Assembly: GCA_964016885.1 (NCBI GenBank) | Contig: OZ024746.1 | Span: forward strand, 1,302,001 to 1,366,000 | Length of the DNA stretch: 64,000 nt | Reading direction: 5' to 3' | Origin: Eledone cirrhosa | Lineage: Eukaryota | In this document: positions 52,094 through 64,000 of the stretch, in pieces | How the letters are laid out: the number at the start of each line of letters is the position of its first letter | Position numbering within the stretch: the stretch's first letter is position 1 | Program-made: the position numbers and the translations under genes | Notes under the pieces: model-generated | What the model was told of the DNA's origin: nothing | Seen by the model: the letters and a program-made list of their open reading frames with translations, nothing else | Databases searched by the model: none

Positions 52094-55000
52094 GTGGCCT
52101 AGAGGTAAGGGTGTTGGACTTCCAATCATAGTGACCTAGAGGTAAGGGTGTTGGACTTCCAATCATAGTGACCTAGAGGTAAGGGTATTGGACTTCCAAT
52201 CATAGTGACCTAGAGGTAAGGGTGTTGGACTTAGGATCATAGTGATCTAGAGGTAAGGGTGTTGGACCTCCAATCATAGTGGCCTAGAGGTAAGGGTGTT
52301 GGACCTTCAATCATAGTGGCCTACAGGTAAGGGTGTTGGACTTCCAATCATAGTGACCTAGAGGTAAGGGTGTTGGACTTCCAATCATAGTGACCTAGAG
52401 GTAAGGGTGTTGGACTTCCAATCATAGTGACCTAGAGGTAAGGGTGTTGGACCTCCAATCATAGTGACCTAGAGGTAAGGGTGTTGGACTTCCAATCATA
52501 GTGGCCTACAGGTAAGGGTGTTGGACTTCCAATCATAGTGACCTAAAGGTAAGGGTGTTGGACCTCCAATCATAGTGACCTAGAGGTAAGGGTGTTGGAC
52601 TTCCAATCATAGTGACCTAAAGGTAAGGGTGTTGGACTTCCAATCATAGTGACCTAGAGGTAAGGGTGTTGGACCTCCAATCATAGTGACCTAGAGGTAA
52701 GGGTGTTGGACCTCCAATCATAGTGACCTAGAGGTAAGGGTGTTGGACTTCCAATCATAGTGACCTAGAGGTAAGGGTGTTGGACTTAGGATCATAGTGA
52801 CCTAGAGGTAAGGGTGTTGGACTTCCAATCATAGTGACCTAAAGGTAAGGGTGTTGGACCTCCAATCATAGTGACCTAGAGGTAAGGGTGTTGGACTTCC
52901 AATCATAGTGACCTAGAGGTAAGGGTGTTGGACCTCCAATCATAGTGACCTAGAGGTAAGGGTGTTGGACTTCCAATCATAGTGACCTAGAGGTAAGGGT
53001 GTTGGACTTAGGATCATAGTGAGCTAGAGGTAAGGGTGTTGGACTTCCAATCATAGTGATCTAGAGGTAAGGGTGTTGGACTTCCAATCATAGTGACCTA
53101 GAGATAAGGGTGTTGGACTTCCAATCATAGTGACCTAGAGGTAAGGGTGTTGGACTTCCAATCATAGTGACCTAGAGGTAAGGGTGTTGGACATCCAATC
53201 ATAGTGACCTAGAGGTAAGGGTGTTGGACTTCCAATCATAGTGACCTAGAGGTAAGGGTGTTGGACCTCCAATCATAGTGACCTAGAGGTAAGGGTGTTG
53301 GACTTCCAATCATAGTGGCCTAGAGGTAAGGGTGTTGGACTTAGGATCATAGTGGCCTAGAGGTAAGGGTGTTGGACTTCCAATCATAGTGGCCTAGAGG
53401 TAAGGGTGTTGGACTTAGGATCATAGTGGCCTAGAGGTAAGGGTGTTGGACTTCCAATCATAGTGACCTAGAGGTAAGGGTGTTGGACTTAGGATCATAG
53501 TGGCCTAGAGGTAAGGGTGTTGGACTTCCAATCATAGTGACCTAGAGGTAAGGGTGTTGGACTTCCAATCATAGTGACCTAGAGGTAAGGGTGTTGGACA
53601 TCCAATCATAGTGGCCTAGAGGTAAGGGTGTTGGACATCCAATCATAGTGACCTAGAGGTAAGGGTGTTGGACTTCCAATCATAGTGGCCTAGAGGTAAG
53701 GGTGTTGGACATCCAATCATAGTGACCTAGAGGTAAGGGTGTTGGACTTCCAATCATAGTGGCCTAGAGGTAAGGGTGTTGGACTTCCAATCATAGTGGC
53801 CTAGATGTAAGGGTGTTGGACTTCCAATCATAGTGACCTAAAGGTAAGGGTGTTGGACTTAGGATCATAGTGGCCTAGAGGTAAGGGTGTTGGACTTCCA
53901 ATCATAGTGGCCTAGAGGTAAGGGTGTTGGACTTCCAATCATAGTGATCTAGAGGTAAGGGTGTTGGACTTCCAATCATAGTGACCTAGAGATAAGGGTG
54001 TTGGACTTCCAATCATAGTGACCTAGAGGTAAGGGTGTTGGACTTCCAATCATAGTGACCTAGAGGTAAGGGTGTTGGACATCCAATCATAGTGACCTAG
54101 AGGTAAGGGTGTTGGACTTCCAATCATAGTGACCTAGAGGTAAGGGTGTTGGACCTCCAATCATAGTGACCTAGAGGTAAGGGTGTTGGACTTCCAATCA
54201 TAGTGGCCTAGAGGTAAGGGTGTTGGACTTAGGATCATAGTGGCCTAGAGGTAAGGGTGTTGGACTTCCAATCATAGTGGCCTAGAGGTAAGGGTGTTGG
54301 ACTTAGGATCATAGTGGCCTAGAGGTAAGGGTGTTGGACTTCCAATCATAGTGACCTAGAGGTAAGGGTGTTGGACTTAGGATCATAGTGGCCTAGAGGT
54401 AAGGGTGTTGGACTTCCAATCATAGTGGCCTAGAGGTAAGGGTGTTGGACTTCCAATCATAGTGACCTAGAGGTAAGGGTGTTGGACTTCCAATCATAGT
54501 GACCTAGAGGTAAGGGTGTTGGACATCCAATCATAGTGGCCTAGAGGTAAGGGTGTTGGACATCCAATCATAGTGACCTAGAGGTAAGGGTGTTGGACTT
54601 CCAATCATAGTGGCCTAGAGGTAAGGGTGTTGGACATCCAATCATAGTGACCTAGAGGTAAGGGTGTTGGACTTCCAATCATAGAGGCCTAGAGGTAAGG
54701 GTATTGGACTTCCAATCATAGTGGCCTAGAGGTAAGGGTGTTGGACTTCCAATCATAGTGACCTAAAGGTAAGGGTGTTGGACTTAGGATCATAGTGGCC
54801 TAGAGGTAAGGGTGTTGGACTTCCAATCATAGTGGCCTAGAGGTAAGGGTGTTGGACTTCCAATCATAGTGGCCTAGAGGTAAGGGTGTTGGACTTCCAA
54901 TCATAGTGGCCTAGAGGTAAGGGTGTTGGACTTAGGATCATAGTGGCCTAGAGGTAAGGGTGTTGGACTTCCAATCATAGTGACCTAGAGGTAAGGGTGT

Positions 55001-57865
55001 TGGACTTCCAATCATAGTGACCTAGAGGTAAGGGTATTGGACTTCCAATCATAGTGACCTAGAGGTAAGGGTGTTGGACTTAGGATCACAGTGACCTAGA
55101 GGTAAGGGTGTTGGACTTCCAATCATAGTGGCCTAGAGGTAAGGGTGTTGGACTTAGGATCATAGTGGCCTAGAGGTAAGGGTGTTGGACTTCCAATCAT
55201 AGTGACCTAGAGGTAAGGGTGTTGGACTTCCAATCATAGTGACCTAGAGGTAAGGGTGTTGGACTTCCAATCATAGTCACCTAGAGGTAAGGGTGTTGGA
55301 CTTAGGATCATAGTGGCCTAGAGGTAAGGGTGTTGGACTTCCAATCATAGTGGCCTAGAGGTAAGGGTGTTGGACTTCCAATCATAGTGGCCTAGAGATA
55401 AGGGTGTTGGACTTCCAATCATAGTGACCTAGAGGTAAGGGTGTTGGACTTCCAATCATAGTGACCTACAGGTAAGGGTGTTGGACTTCCAATCATAGTG
55501 ACCTAGAGGTAAGGGTGTTGGACTTCCAATCATAGTGGCCTAGAGGTAAGGGTGTTGGACTTCCAATCATAGTGGCCTAGAGGTAAGGGTGTTGGACTTC
55601 CAATCATAGTGGCCTAGAGGTAAGGGTGTTGGACTTCCAATCATAGTGACCTAGAGGTAAGGGTGTTGGACATCCAATCATAGTGACCTAGAGGTAAGGG
55701 TGTTGGACTTCCAATCATAGTGGCCTAGAGGTAAGGGTGTTGGACCGCCAATCATAGTGACCTAGAGGTAAGGGTGTTGGACTTTCAATCATAGTGGCCT
55801 AGAGGTAATGGTGTTGGACTTCCAATCATAGTGACCTAGAGGTAAGGGTGTTGGACTTCCAATCATAGTGACCTAGAGGTAAGGGTGTTGGACTTAGGAT
55901 CATAGTGGCCTAGAGGTAAGGGTGTTGGACTTCCAATCATAGTGGCCTACAGGTAAGGGTGTTGGACTTCCAATCATAGCGGCCTAGAGGTAAGGGTGTT
56001 GGACTTCCAATCATAGCGGCCTAGAGGTAAGGGTGTTGGACTTCCAATCATAGTGACCTAGAGGTAAGGGTGTTGGACTTAGGATCATAGTGGCCTAGAG
56101 GTAAGGGTGTTGGACTTCCAATCATAGTGGCCTAGAGGTAAGGGTGTTGGACTTCCAATCATAGTGGCCTAGAGGTAAGGGTGTTGGACTTCCAATCATA
56201 GTGACCTAGAGGTAAGGGTGTTGGACTTCCAATCATAGCGGCCTAGAGGTAAGGGTGTTGGACTTCCAATCATAGTGACCTAGATGTAAGGGTGTTGGAC
56301 TTCCAATCATAGTGACCTAGAGGTAAGGGTGTTGGACTTCCAATCATAGTGACCTAGAGGTAAGGGTGTTGGACTTAGGATCATAGTGGCCTAGAGGTAA
56401 GGGTGTTGGACTTCCAATCATAGTGGCCTAGAGGTAAGGGTGTTGGACTTCCAATCATAGTGGCCTAGAGGTAAGGGTGTTGGACTTCCAATCATAGTTA
56501 CCTAGAGGTAAGGGTGTTGGACATCCAATCATAGTGACCTAGAGGTAAGGGTGTTGGACTTCCAATCATAGTTACCTAGAGGTAAGGGTGTTGGACATCC
56601 AATCATAGTGACCTAGAGGTAAGGGTGTTGGACTTCCAATCATAGCGGCCTAGAGGTAAGGGTGTTGGACTTCCAATCATAGTGACCTAGATGTAAGGGT
56701 GTTGGACTTCCAATCATAGTGACCTAGAGGTAAGGGTGTTGGACTTCCAATCATAGTGACCTAGAGGTAAGGGTGTTGGACTTCCAATCATAGTGACCTA
56801 GAGGTAAGGGTGTTGGACTTAGGATCATAGTGGCCTAGAGGTAAGGGTGTTGGACTTCCAATCATAGTGGCCTAGAGGTAAGGGTGTTGGACTTCCAATC
56901 ATAGTGGCCTAGAGGTAAGGGTGTTGGACTTCCAATCATAGTTACCTAGAGGTAAGGGTGTTGGACATCCAATCATAGTGACCTAGAGGTAAGGGTGTTG
57001 GACTTCCAATCATAGTTACCTAGAGGTAAGGGTGTTGGACTTCCAATCATAGTGACCTAGAGGTAAGGGTGTTGGACTTCCAATCATAGTGGCCTAGAGG
57101 TAAGGGTGTTGGACTTCCAATCATAGTGGCCTAGAGGTAAGGGTGTTGGACTTCCAATCATAGTTACCTAGAGGTAAGGGTGTTGGACATCCAATCATAG
57201 TGACCTAGAGGTAAGGGTGTTGGACTTCCAATCATAGTGACCTAGAGGTAAGGGTGTTGGACTTCCAATCATAGTGACCTAGAGGTAAGGGTGTTGGACA
57301 TCCAATCATAGTGACCTAGAGGTAAGGGTGTTGGACTTAGGATCATAGTGGCCTAGAGGTAAGGGTGTTGGACTTCCAATCATAGTGACCTAGAGGTAAT
57401 GGTGTTGGACTTCCAATCATAGTGACCTAGAGGTAAGGGTGTTGGGCTTCCAATCATAGTGACCTAGAGGTAAGGGTGTTGGACATCCAATCATAGTGAC
57501 CTAGAGGTAAGGGTGTTGGACTTCCAATCATAGTGACCTAGAGGTAAGGGTGTTGGACTTCCAATCATAGTGACCTAGAGGTAAGGGTGTTGGACTTCCA
57601 ATCATAGTGACCTAGAGGTAAGGGTGTTGGACTTCCAATCATAGTGACCTAGAGGTAAGGGTGCTGGGCTTCCAATCATAGTGACCTAGAGGTAAGGGTG
57701 TTGGACATCCAATCATAGTGACCTAGCGATAAGGGTGTTGGACTTCCAATCATAGTGGCCTAGAGGTAAGGGTGTTGTACTTCCAATCATAGTGACCTAG
57801 AGGTAAGGGTGTTGGACTTCCAATCATAGTGACCTAGAGGTAAGGGTGTTGTACTTCCAATCATA
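52094..57865 (+). repeat. 37-bp satellite (~156 copies), amplified tRNA-like head of SINE2
   Basis: Unit gtg(g/a)cctagaggtaagggtgttggacttccaatcata, preceded by tggaggcac as in the SINE2 head at ~16970. Confidence 0.95.
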
Positions 57866-58270
57866 ATGTTGTGTCTCAAGATGAAAAGGCCTGGCTGAGA
57901 AAAAAATTAGTGAAAGTATTCAAAAAGTGAAAAATGAATTTAAAAGTTTTTATAAACGATTTCTCTTATACTTGAATATAGTGAAAGAGAACTTTGGACA
58001 GGCAGAAGACATTGTGTTGTTAGATTCTGAGGACACATATCTAGTTCCAGTGTTCCAACAATTGATGGCGGGGGGGAGTCGATTAAATCGAGCCCAGTGC
58101 ATCACTGGTACTTTATCAACCCCATAAGAATGAAAGGCAAAGCTAACCTCGGCGGGATTATCTGTGGAAATTCTTGTCATGTTTTCCAGAAAAAAACCTT
58201 CTCAATCTCGTCCCACCCACTGCAGACGTATATAAGTATCATTAGTTATTACGCTAGTCTAGCTCGACAT

Positions 58271-58910
58271 CACGGTGTAGGGCTAACCTAGGGTGATCAA
58301 TAACTAGGTACACAGTGTAGGGCTAACCTAGGGTGATCAATAACTAGGTACACAGTGTAGGGTTAACCTAGGGTGATCAATAACTAGGTACACAGTGTAG
58401 GGCTAACCTAGGGTGATCATAACTAGGTACATAGTGTAGGGCTAACCTAGGGTGATCAATAACTAGGTACACAGTGTAGGGTTAACCTAGGGTGATCAAT
58501 AATTAGATACACACTGTAGGGCTAACCTAGGGTAATCAATAACTAGGTACACAGTTTAGGGCGAACATAGGGTGATAAATAACTAGTACACAATGTAGGG
58601 CTAACCTAGGGTGATCAATAACTAGGTACACAGTGTAGGGCTAACCTAGGGTAATAAATAACTAGGTACACAGTGTAGGGATAACCTAGGGTGATAAATA
58701 ACTAGGTACACAGTGTAGGGCTAACCTAGGGTGATAAATAACTAGGTACACAGTGTAGGGCGAACCTAGGGTGATCAATAACTAGGTACACAGTGTAGGG
58801 CTAACCTAGGGTAATAAATAACTAGATACACAGTGAAGGGCTAACCTAGGGTGATCAATAACTAGGTACAGTGTAGAGCTAACCTAGGGTAATAAATAAC
58901 TAGGTACACA
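58271..58910. repeat. 40-bp minisatellite (~16 copies)
   Basis: Unit cacagtgtagggctaacctagggtgatcaataactaggta. Confidence 0.93.
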
Positions 58911-59031
58911 TTATACTGAAGAGCCGGGTTTCGTCGTTGTTGTTGCTGGATAAAACAGCCATTGCCCTTAGTCAACTGCTACCATGTTGAAGACTTAAAA
59001 TCGTGTGTTTCTCTTTTCAAGAGAGTAAAAG

Positions 59032-59245
59032 TGATTGTTGAATAAGGTTGTCACGGTTACGAGAGATTGTTGAATAAGGTTGTCACGGTTACGATAGATT
59101 GTTGAATAAGGTTGTCACGGTTACGATAGATTGTTGAAAGAGGTTGTCATAGTTTCAAGAGATTGTTGAATGAGGTTTCACAGTTACGAGAGAGTAAGAG
59201 AGATTGTTGAATGGTGTTGTCACGGCTACGAGAGATTGTTGAATG
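59032..59245. repeat. 32-bp tandem repeat (~6 copies)
   Basis: Unit gagattgttgaataaggttgtcacggttacga. Confidence 0.85.
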
Positions 59246-59467
59246 GGAAATCAAGAAACTACGAGGATGTCACTCAACGACTCACCTTACAATGTAAAGA
59301 TAAATTGTGGGTTTGATTTTACTGTTAAGTACTTGTAGAAAATAATAGGAAACTATTCTACGTCACTATATGTTAACGGAGGTCATGAACTAACAGGATA
59401 GCTAGATAGAGAGAGAGGGAGAGAGAGGGAGAGAGAGAGAGGGAGAGAGAGGGAGAGAGAGGGAGAG

Positions 59468-59527
<60 letters not shown>

Positions 59528-59727
59528 GGATTATGAGTTCATGCAATTGACTTATGTTTCGTCACTATATATATATATATATATATAAGGAAAAAAAATG
59601 AAATCGAAAATGCAACTGAAGTCTTTTTTTCTTTAAAATATATTTATTTGGTTCCTTTACCGGTTTCACAGTTCTTGTGCTTTTCAAAAGTAGAGTTGAG
59701 ATGGAGGGTCTGTGGTTTTTCTCACAA

Positions 59728-59787
<60 letters not shown>

Positions 59788-60576
59788 ACCGTCCTAGGTG
59801 TGGAATAAAAACTGGGTCGTCGACGTCAATATCCATTTTAATATCCGGTTTAATTCCGGTTCTGAGTCACATAACCACCCTCCCATTACATTTTGACAAT
59901 CTATCTCTAACGAAATTTTATTTTAAGTACTAACATTCTTGTGACAATTTAATTTTCTTTAGACATTAAAAAACATTGTATGTGACAAAAAAAGAAGATT
60001 ACTAGAAATCCCATATGTTATAAAATAAATAGGATGGGTTGGGGTCTCAATATGTAAACTAAACGACTAATTCGGTTTTTTTATATATCAACGAAGACAA
60101 CCTAGAAAAATTACCTAATTTCCACCCCACCCCGGTTATTCCCACCCCTTTATTATTTGGGACCCGAAAGTAGTTTAGCAGCTGCTTCAACACCAAGTCA
60201 AAATATTGTAGAAGCTACATGAGATGGGCTTCTTCTCGGGTGAAATATTATAGAAGCTATAAGGCTGCAGTCAAGAAACCTTAATTATATATTCTTAAAA
60301 TCTACATTATTTTGTAAATATCTAATTACTTTGTACTATTTATCTAAAATACAGAAAAATATAATTTCCAAGCTTTTAATGACTTTGTTGAGACTGTTGT
60401 AGGAAAGTATTTTAATATTTAGTTGCAACATGGAGACCTTTTATGATCTTCTAATGTTTTAATTCTCGTTGTCAGTGTGGATTATTTTGTTGAGGTTTCT
60501 TTTACTCTTTGGTATTTAAGATATGTTCATCTTAGGGTGTGTAAATTTTTTATTCTTTCAAAAGGTCTCACAGAAA

Positions 60577-61780
60577 GCCATAGAGGGCTGTATGGGGCCT
60601 TAAAGACACAGGTTGCCCATCTCTGGCCATAGGGGGTGTATGGAGCCTTAAAGACACAGGTTGCCCATCTCTGTCCATGGGGGGTGTATGGGGTCTTAAG
60701 GACACAGGCTGCCCATCTCTGGCCATAGGGGGTGTATGGGGCCTTAAGGACACAGGCTGCTCATCTCTGGCCATAGGGGGTGTATGGGGCCTTAAGGAAC
60801 AGGTTGCCCATCTCTGGCCATAGGGGGTGTATGGGGCCTTAAAGACACAGGTTGCCCATCTCTGGCCATAGGGGGCTGTATGGAGCCTTAAAGACACAGG
60901 TTGCCCATCTCTGGCCATAGGGGGTGTATGGGGCCTTAAAGACACAGGCTGCCCATCTCTGGCCATAGGGGGTGTATGGGGCCTTAAGGACACAGGCTGC
61001 CCATCTCTGGCCATAGGGGGTGTATGGGGCCTTAAGGACACAGGCTGCCCATCTCTGGCCATAGGGGGTGTATGGGGCCTTAAGGAACAGGTTGCCCATC
61101 TCTGGCCATAGGGGGTGTATGGGGCCTTAAAGACACAGGTTGCCCATCTCTGGCCATAGGGGGTGTATGGGGCCTTAAAGACACAGGTTGCCCATCTCTG
61201 GCCATAGGGGTGTATGGAGCCTTAAAGACACAGGTTGTCCATCTCTGGCCATAGGGGTGTATGGAGCCTTAAAGACACAGGTTGCCCATCTCTGGCCATA
61301 GGGGGTGTATGGGGCCTTAAAGACACAGGTTGCCCATCTCTGGCCATAGGGGTGTATGGAGCCTTAAAGACACAGGTTGCCCATCTCTGGCCATAGGGAC
61401 TGTATGGGGTCTTAAAGACACAGGCTGCCCATCTCTGGCCATAGAGGGCTGTATGGGGCCATAAAGACACAGGTTGCCCATCTCTGGCCATAGAGGGCTG
61501 TATGGGGCCTTAAAGACACAGGCTGCCCATCTCTGGTCATAGGGGGTGTATGGAGCCTTAAAGACACAGGTTGCCCATCTCTGGCCATAGGGGGTGTATG
61601 GGGCCTTAAGGACACAGGCTGCCCATCTCTGGCCATAGGGGGTGTATGGGGCCTTAAGGACACAGGTTGCCCATCTCTGGCCATAGAGGGCTGTATGGAG
61701 CCTTAAGGACACAGGTTGCCCATCTCTGGCCATAGAGGGCTGTATGGGGCTTTAAGGACACAGGTTGCCCATCTCTGGCC
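60577..61780. repeat. 48-bp GC-rich minisatellite (~25 copies)
   Basis: Unit ggccatagggggtgtatggggccttaaagacacaggttgcccatctct. Confidence 0.95.
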
Positions 61781-62286
61781 TAGAATGTTGTCACTAGACA
61801 TAAAAAGCAAACATGAACTTATTTAAACATTCAGATCTTCGTGTGTATTTGATGTTTTAGTTACTTTCAGGTTGCTGTGTGGGTGTTACAAATATTTAGT
61901 TAAAATATAATTATAGAAACACACGTATAGAACAGGTTACGACGAGTATTCCAGTGGAACAGCCTGCTCGTGGAATTAACGTGCAAGTGGCTGAGCATTC
62001 CACAGACACTCGTACCCTTAAAGAAGTTCTCAGGAAGATTCAGCGTGACACAAAATGTGACAAGGCTGGCCTATTTAATTACAGGGACAACTTATTTTTG
62101 CCAGCTGAGTGAACTGGAGCAACATGAAATAAAGTGTCTTGCGCCGCCGGGAATCGAACTTACGACCTTACGATTACGAGCAGAGTAAACTAACCACAAA
62201 ACGACGCGCCTTCACTGAGAACACACGTTGGTGGTAGCTAAATACAAACAGAGCAGATTTTGTATATTTCCTAAAGCTGCAGTGTC

Positions 62287-62389
62287 TTTTATCTGATGAA
62301 AGCGTACCAATGTGTCTTGGTACCCTTGAAATATATATAATAAAATAAATATGGTTTTATAAATATAGTTTCCATTTATTTAATATCAT

Positions 62390-62437
<48 letters not shown>

Positions 62438-62621
62438 AACAAGGTTCAATGAATAAATCAAAGAATGAGTTTTACAATAGATTGGAAGCACTCAACAAAC
62501 TACCATGACTGAATCTTAACCATCTAGTATGTCAGGGTATGTCATGCATCATCTTATTTTATCTGATGAGGACGTACCGTGCAACTTAACTCAGTACCTC
62601 TGAAATATGTATAATAAAATA
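62287..62621 (+). ncRNA. Two minimal hammerheads (62287-62345 and 62555-62621)
   Basis: ttttat-CTGATGA...GAA-ATAT(A/G)TAT-A-ataaaa in both. Confidence 0.75.
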
Positions 62622-63308
62622 TACTTGATCACAAGAATATCTATTTTGCTAATATTTTGAATTAATATATATATATATAAATGAACACTGGCGAGAGCTT
62701 CAAGATAGTAAAGAATCATCTGTACTCTACCAACATGCTAAAATAGAACATAAGGGTAAATTAAAGAACATAGAAATAAAAATAGAATCTACACACAGAA
62801 AAGACGCAATGTTTAGACAAATCACAGAGGCAATAAACATAAATGAACTCCAACCAAAATTAAATAGAAAGCATGAATGGAATAGCAACATCACAACTTA
62901 CAATTAAGGACAAAATGAAAACACACACACACATAGAACAAACAACCAACCAGTAACATGTAAATAAACAAATAAATAAACAAATATAAACACACACAGA
63001 CACCCGGATGTAACACATGCGCAAACTAAGCACACAACACACACAAAAACAAGATGGCGTAGGACAGAACAAAGGAGAGGCACAAAAACAAAGAAAAGAA
63101 TCCCCAGTCACTGAAGAGATCACAGAATGTGTGACGAAAGAAGTTTGACAATATATGAACAATCGTCTGGTTGTGGAACCAACCAACCAACCGGAAATTT
63201 ATAAATTCCTAAATTTATAAATTTAATTTATAATAAATTGAAGTGAAACCAACTGGTGCGTGTGTTTCTTATTGGTTTCTTATTGACAACATGACCCTCC
63301 CAAAGTAT

Positions 63309-63350
<42 letters not shown>

Positions 63351-63582
63351 GTGAGGTTTTTTTTACAAAATGAAAAATAACCGAAGTGTCCTACACGAGT
63401 GAAAGTATAAAGAAAAAAAGATGAAATCGAAAATGCAACTGGAGTCTTATTTAAAAAAATATATATATTTATTTGGTTCCTGTACCGGGTAAAGGAACCA
63501 AATAAATATATATATATTTTTTAAATAAGACTCCAGTTGCATTTTCGATTTCATCTTTTTTTCTTTATATATATATATATAT

Positions 63583-63836
63583 ATTTCTATTTATTGCCAC
63601 GAGAGCGCAAAAGAAGATGACAAATACAAGGGGGGAGTTTACACAAAAAGGCGAGTAAAGAAAACAAATAAATATAAAATTAACAATAAAGTCCTCAATA
63701 GGGAGGAGGCGTTTTGGGGGGTCGCACACACCCCCGAATAAAGTGTGCAACCCTTCTCCTCAGGAGCACAGAGAGAGGGTGATCCCTCGTTCCTTCATCT
63801 TTTTCACCTACAGGCTGATGTAGAGAGAAGGCCCAT
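63583..63836 (-). mobile_element. LINE-like 3' end repeat
   Basis: Inverted copy of 34968-35228. Related ends at 34515-34655 and 49945-50030. Ends with AATAAA then a simple repeat. Confidence 0.55.
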
Positions 63837-64000
63837 TCACACGGGCCATTCTCGCCACTTTCACCCACCTTTCATAAAAACGACTGGGGTGGAGCACCTC
63901 TCTCTCTCTCCATCCTGATCCTTCTTCCGAAATGATATCGGAAGAAACGGACCAGTTGTTGGCCAGAGAGAAAGGTGCCTGACCTGAGTCCTTTCAGACG

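Noticed and set aside
52094-57865. CRISPR-like array or tRNA gene cluster
   Set aside because: Head-to-tail units without unique spacers, no cas genes, and no T-arm/B box or acceptor stem.
60568-61733. MARDGQPVSLRPHTPP repeat protein
   Set aside because: Frequent 1-nt indels between units shift the frame, so there is no sign of coding constraint.

Overview
AT-rich, repeat-dominated eukaryotic DNA. An invertebrate, probably octopus-like cephalopod, origin is inferred from the (TA)n-rich landscape and SINE types. There is one host protein gene, a 4-exon COX7A2L/SCAF1-like gene (+, 3875-9482, 130 aa) missed by the ORF track, lying head-to-head with an intact tRNA-Glu(CTC). The rest is mostly mobile DNA: a near-intact RTE LINE with one nonsense codon, a 5'-truncated Penelope-like element (RT + GIY-YIG, Naiad-like), a second PLE endonuclease fragment, a non-autonomous Helitron, mariner-type MITEs, a decayed hAT-like transposase, two tRNA-derived SINE families and about 12 minisatellite arrays. 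Two patterns stand out. (1) More than 15 minimal hammerhead-ribozyme motifs from several unrelated families sit inside asymmetric fold-back elements inserted in (TA)n. Many of these elements share a TTGAGTRCT tail motif, and in several the fold-back axis falls on a ribozyme stem. (2) Many large minisatellites are amplified sub-modules of retroposons, including about 156 tandem copies of a SINE A-box/anticodon-arm unit. Coordinates were read by eye, and repeat boundaries are approximate.
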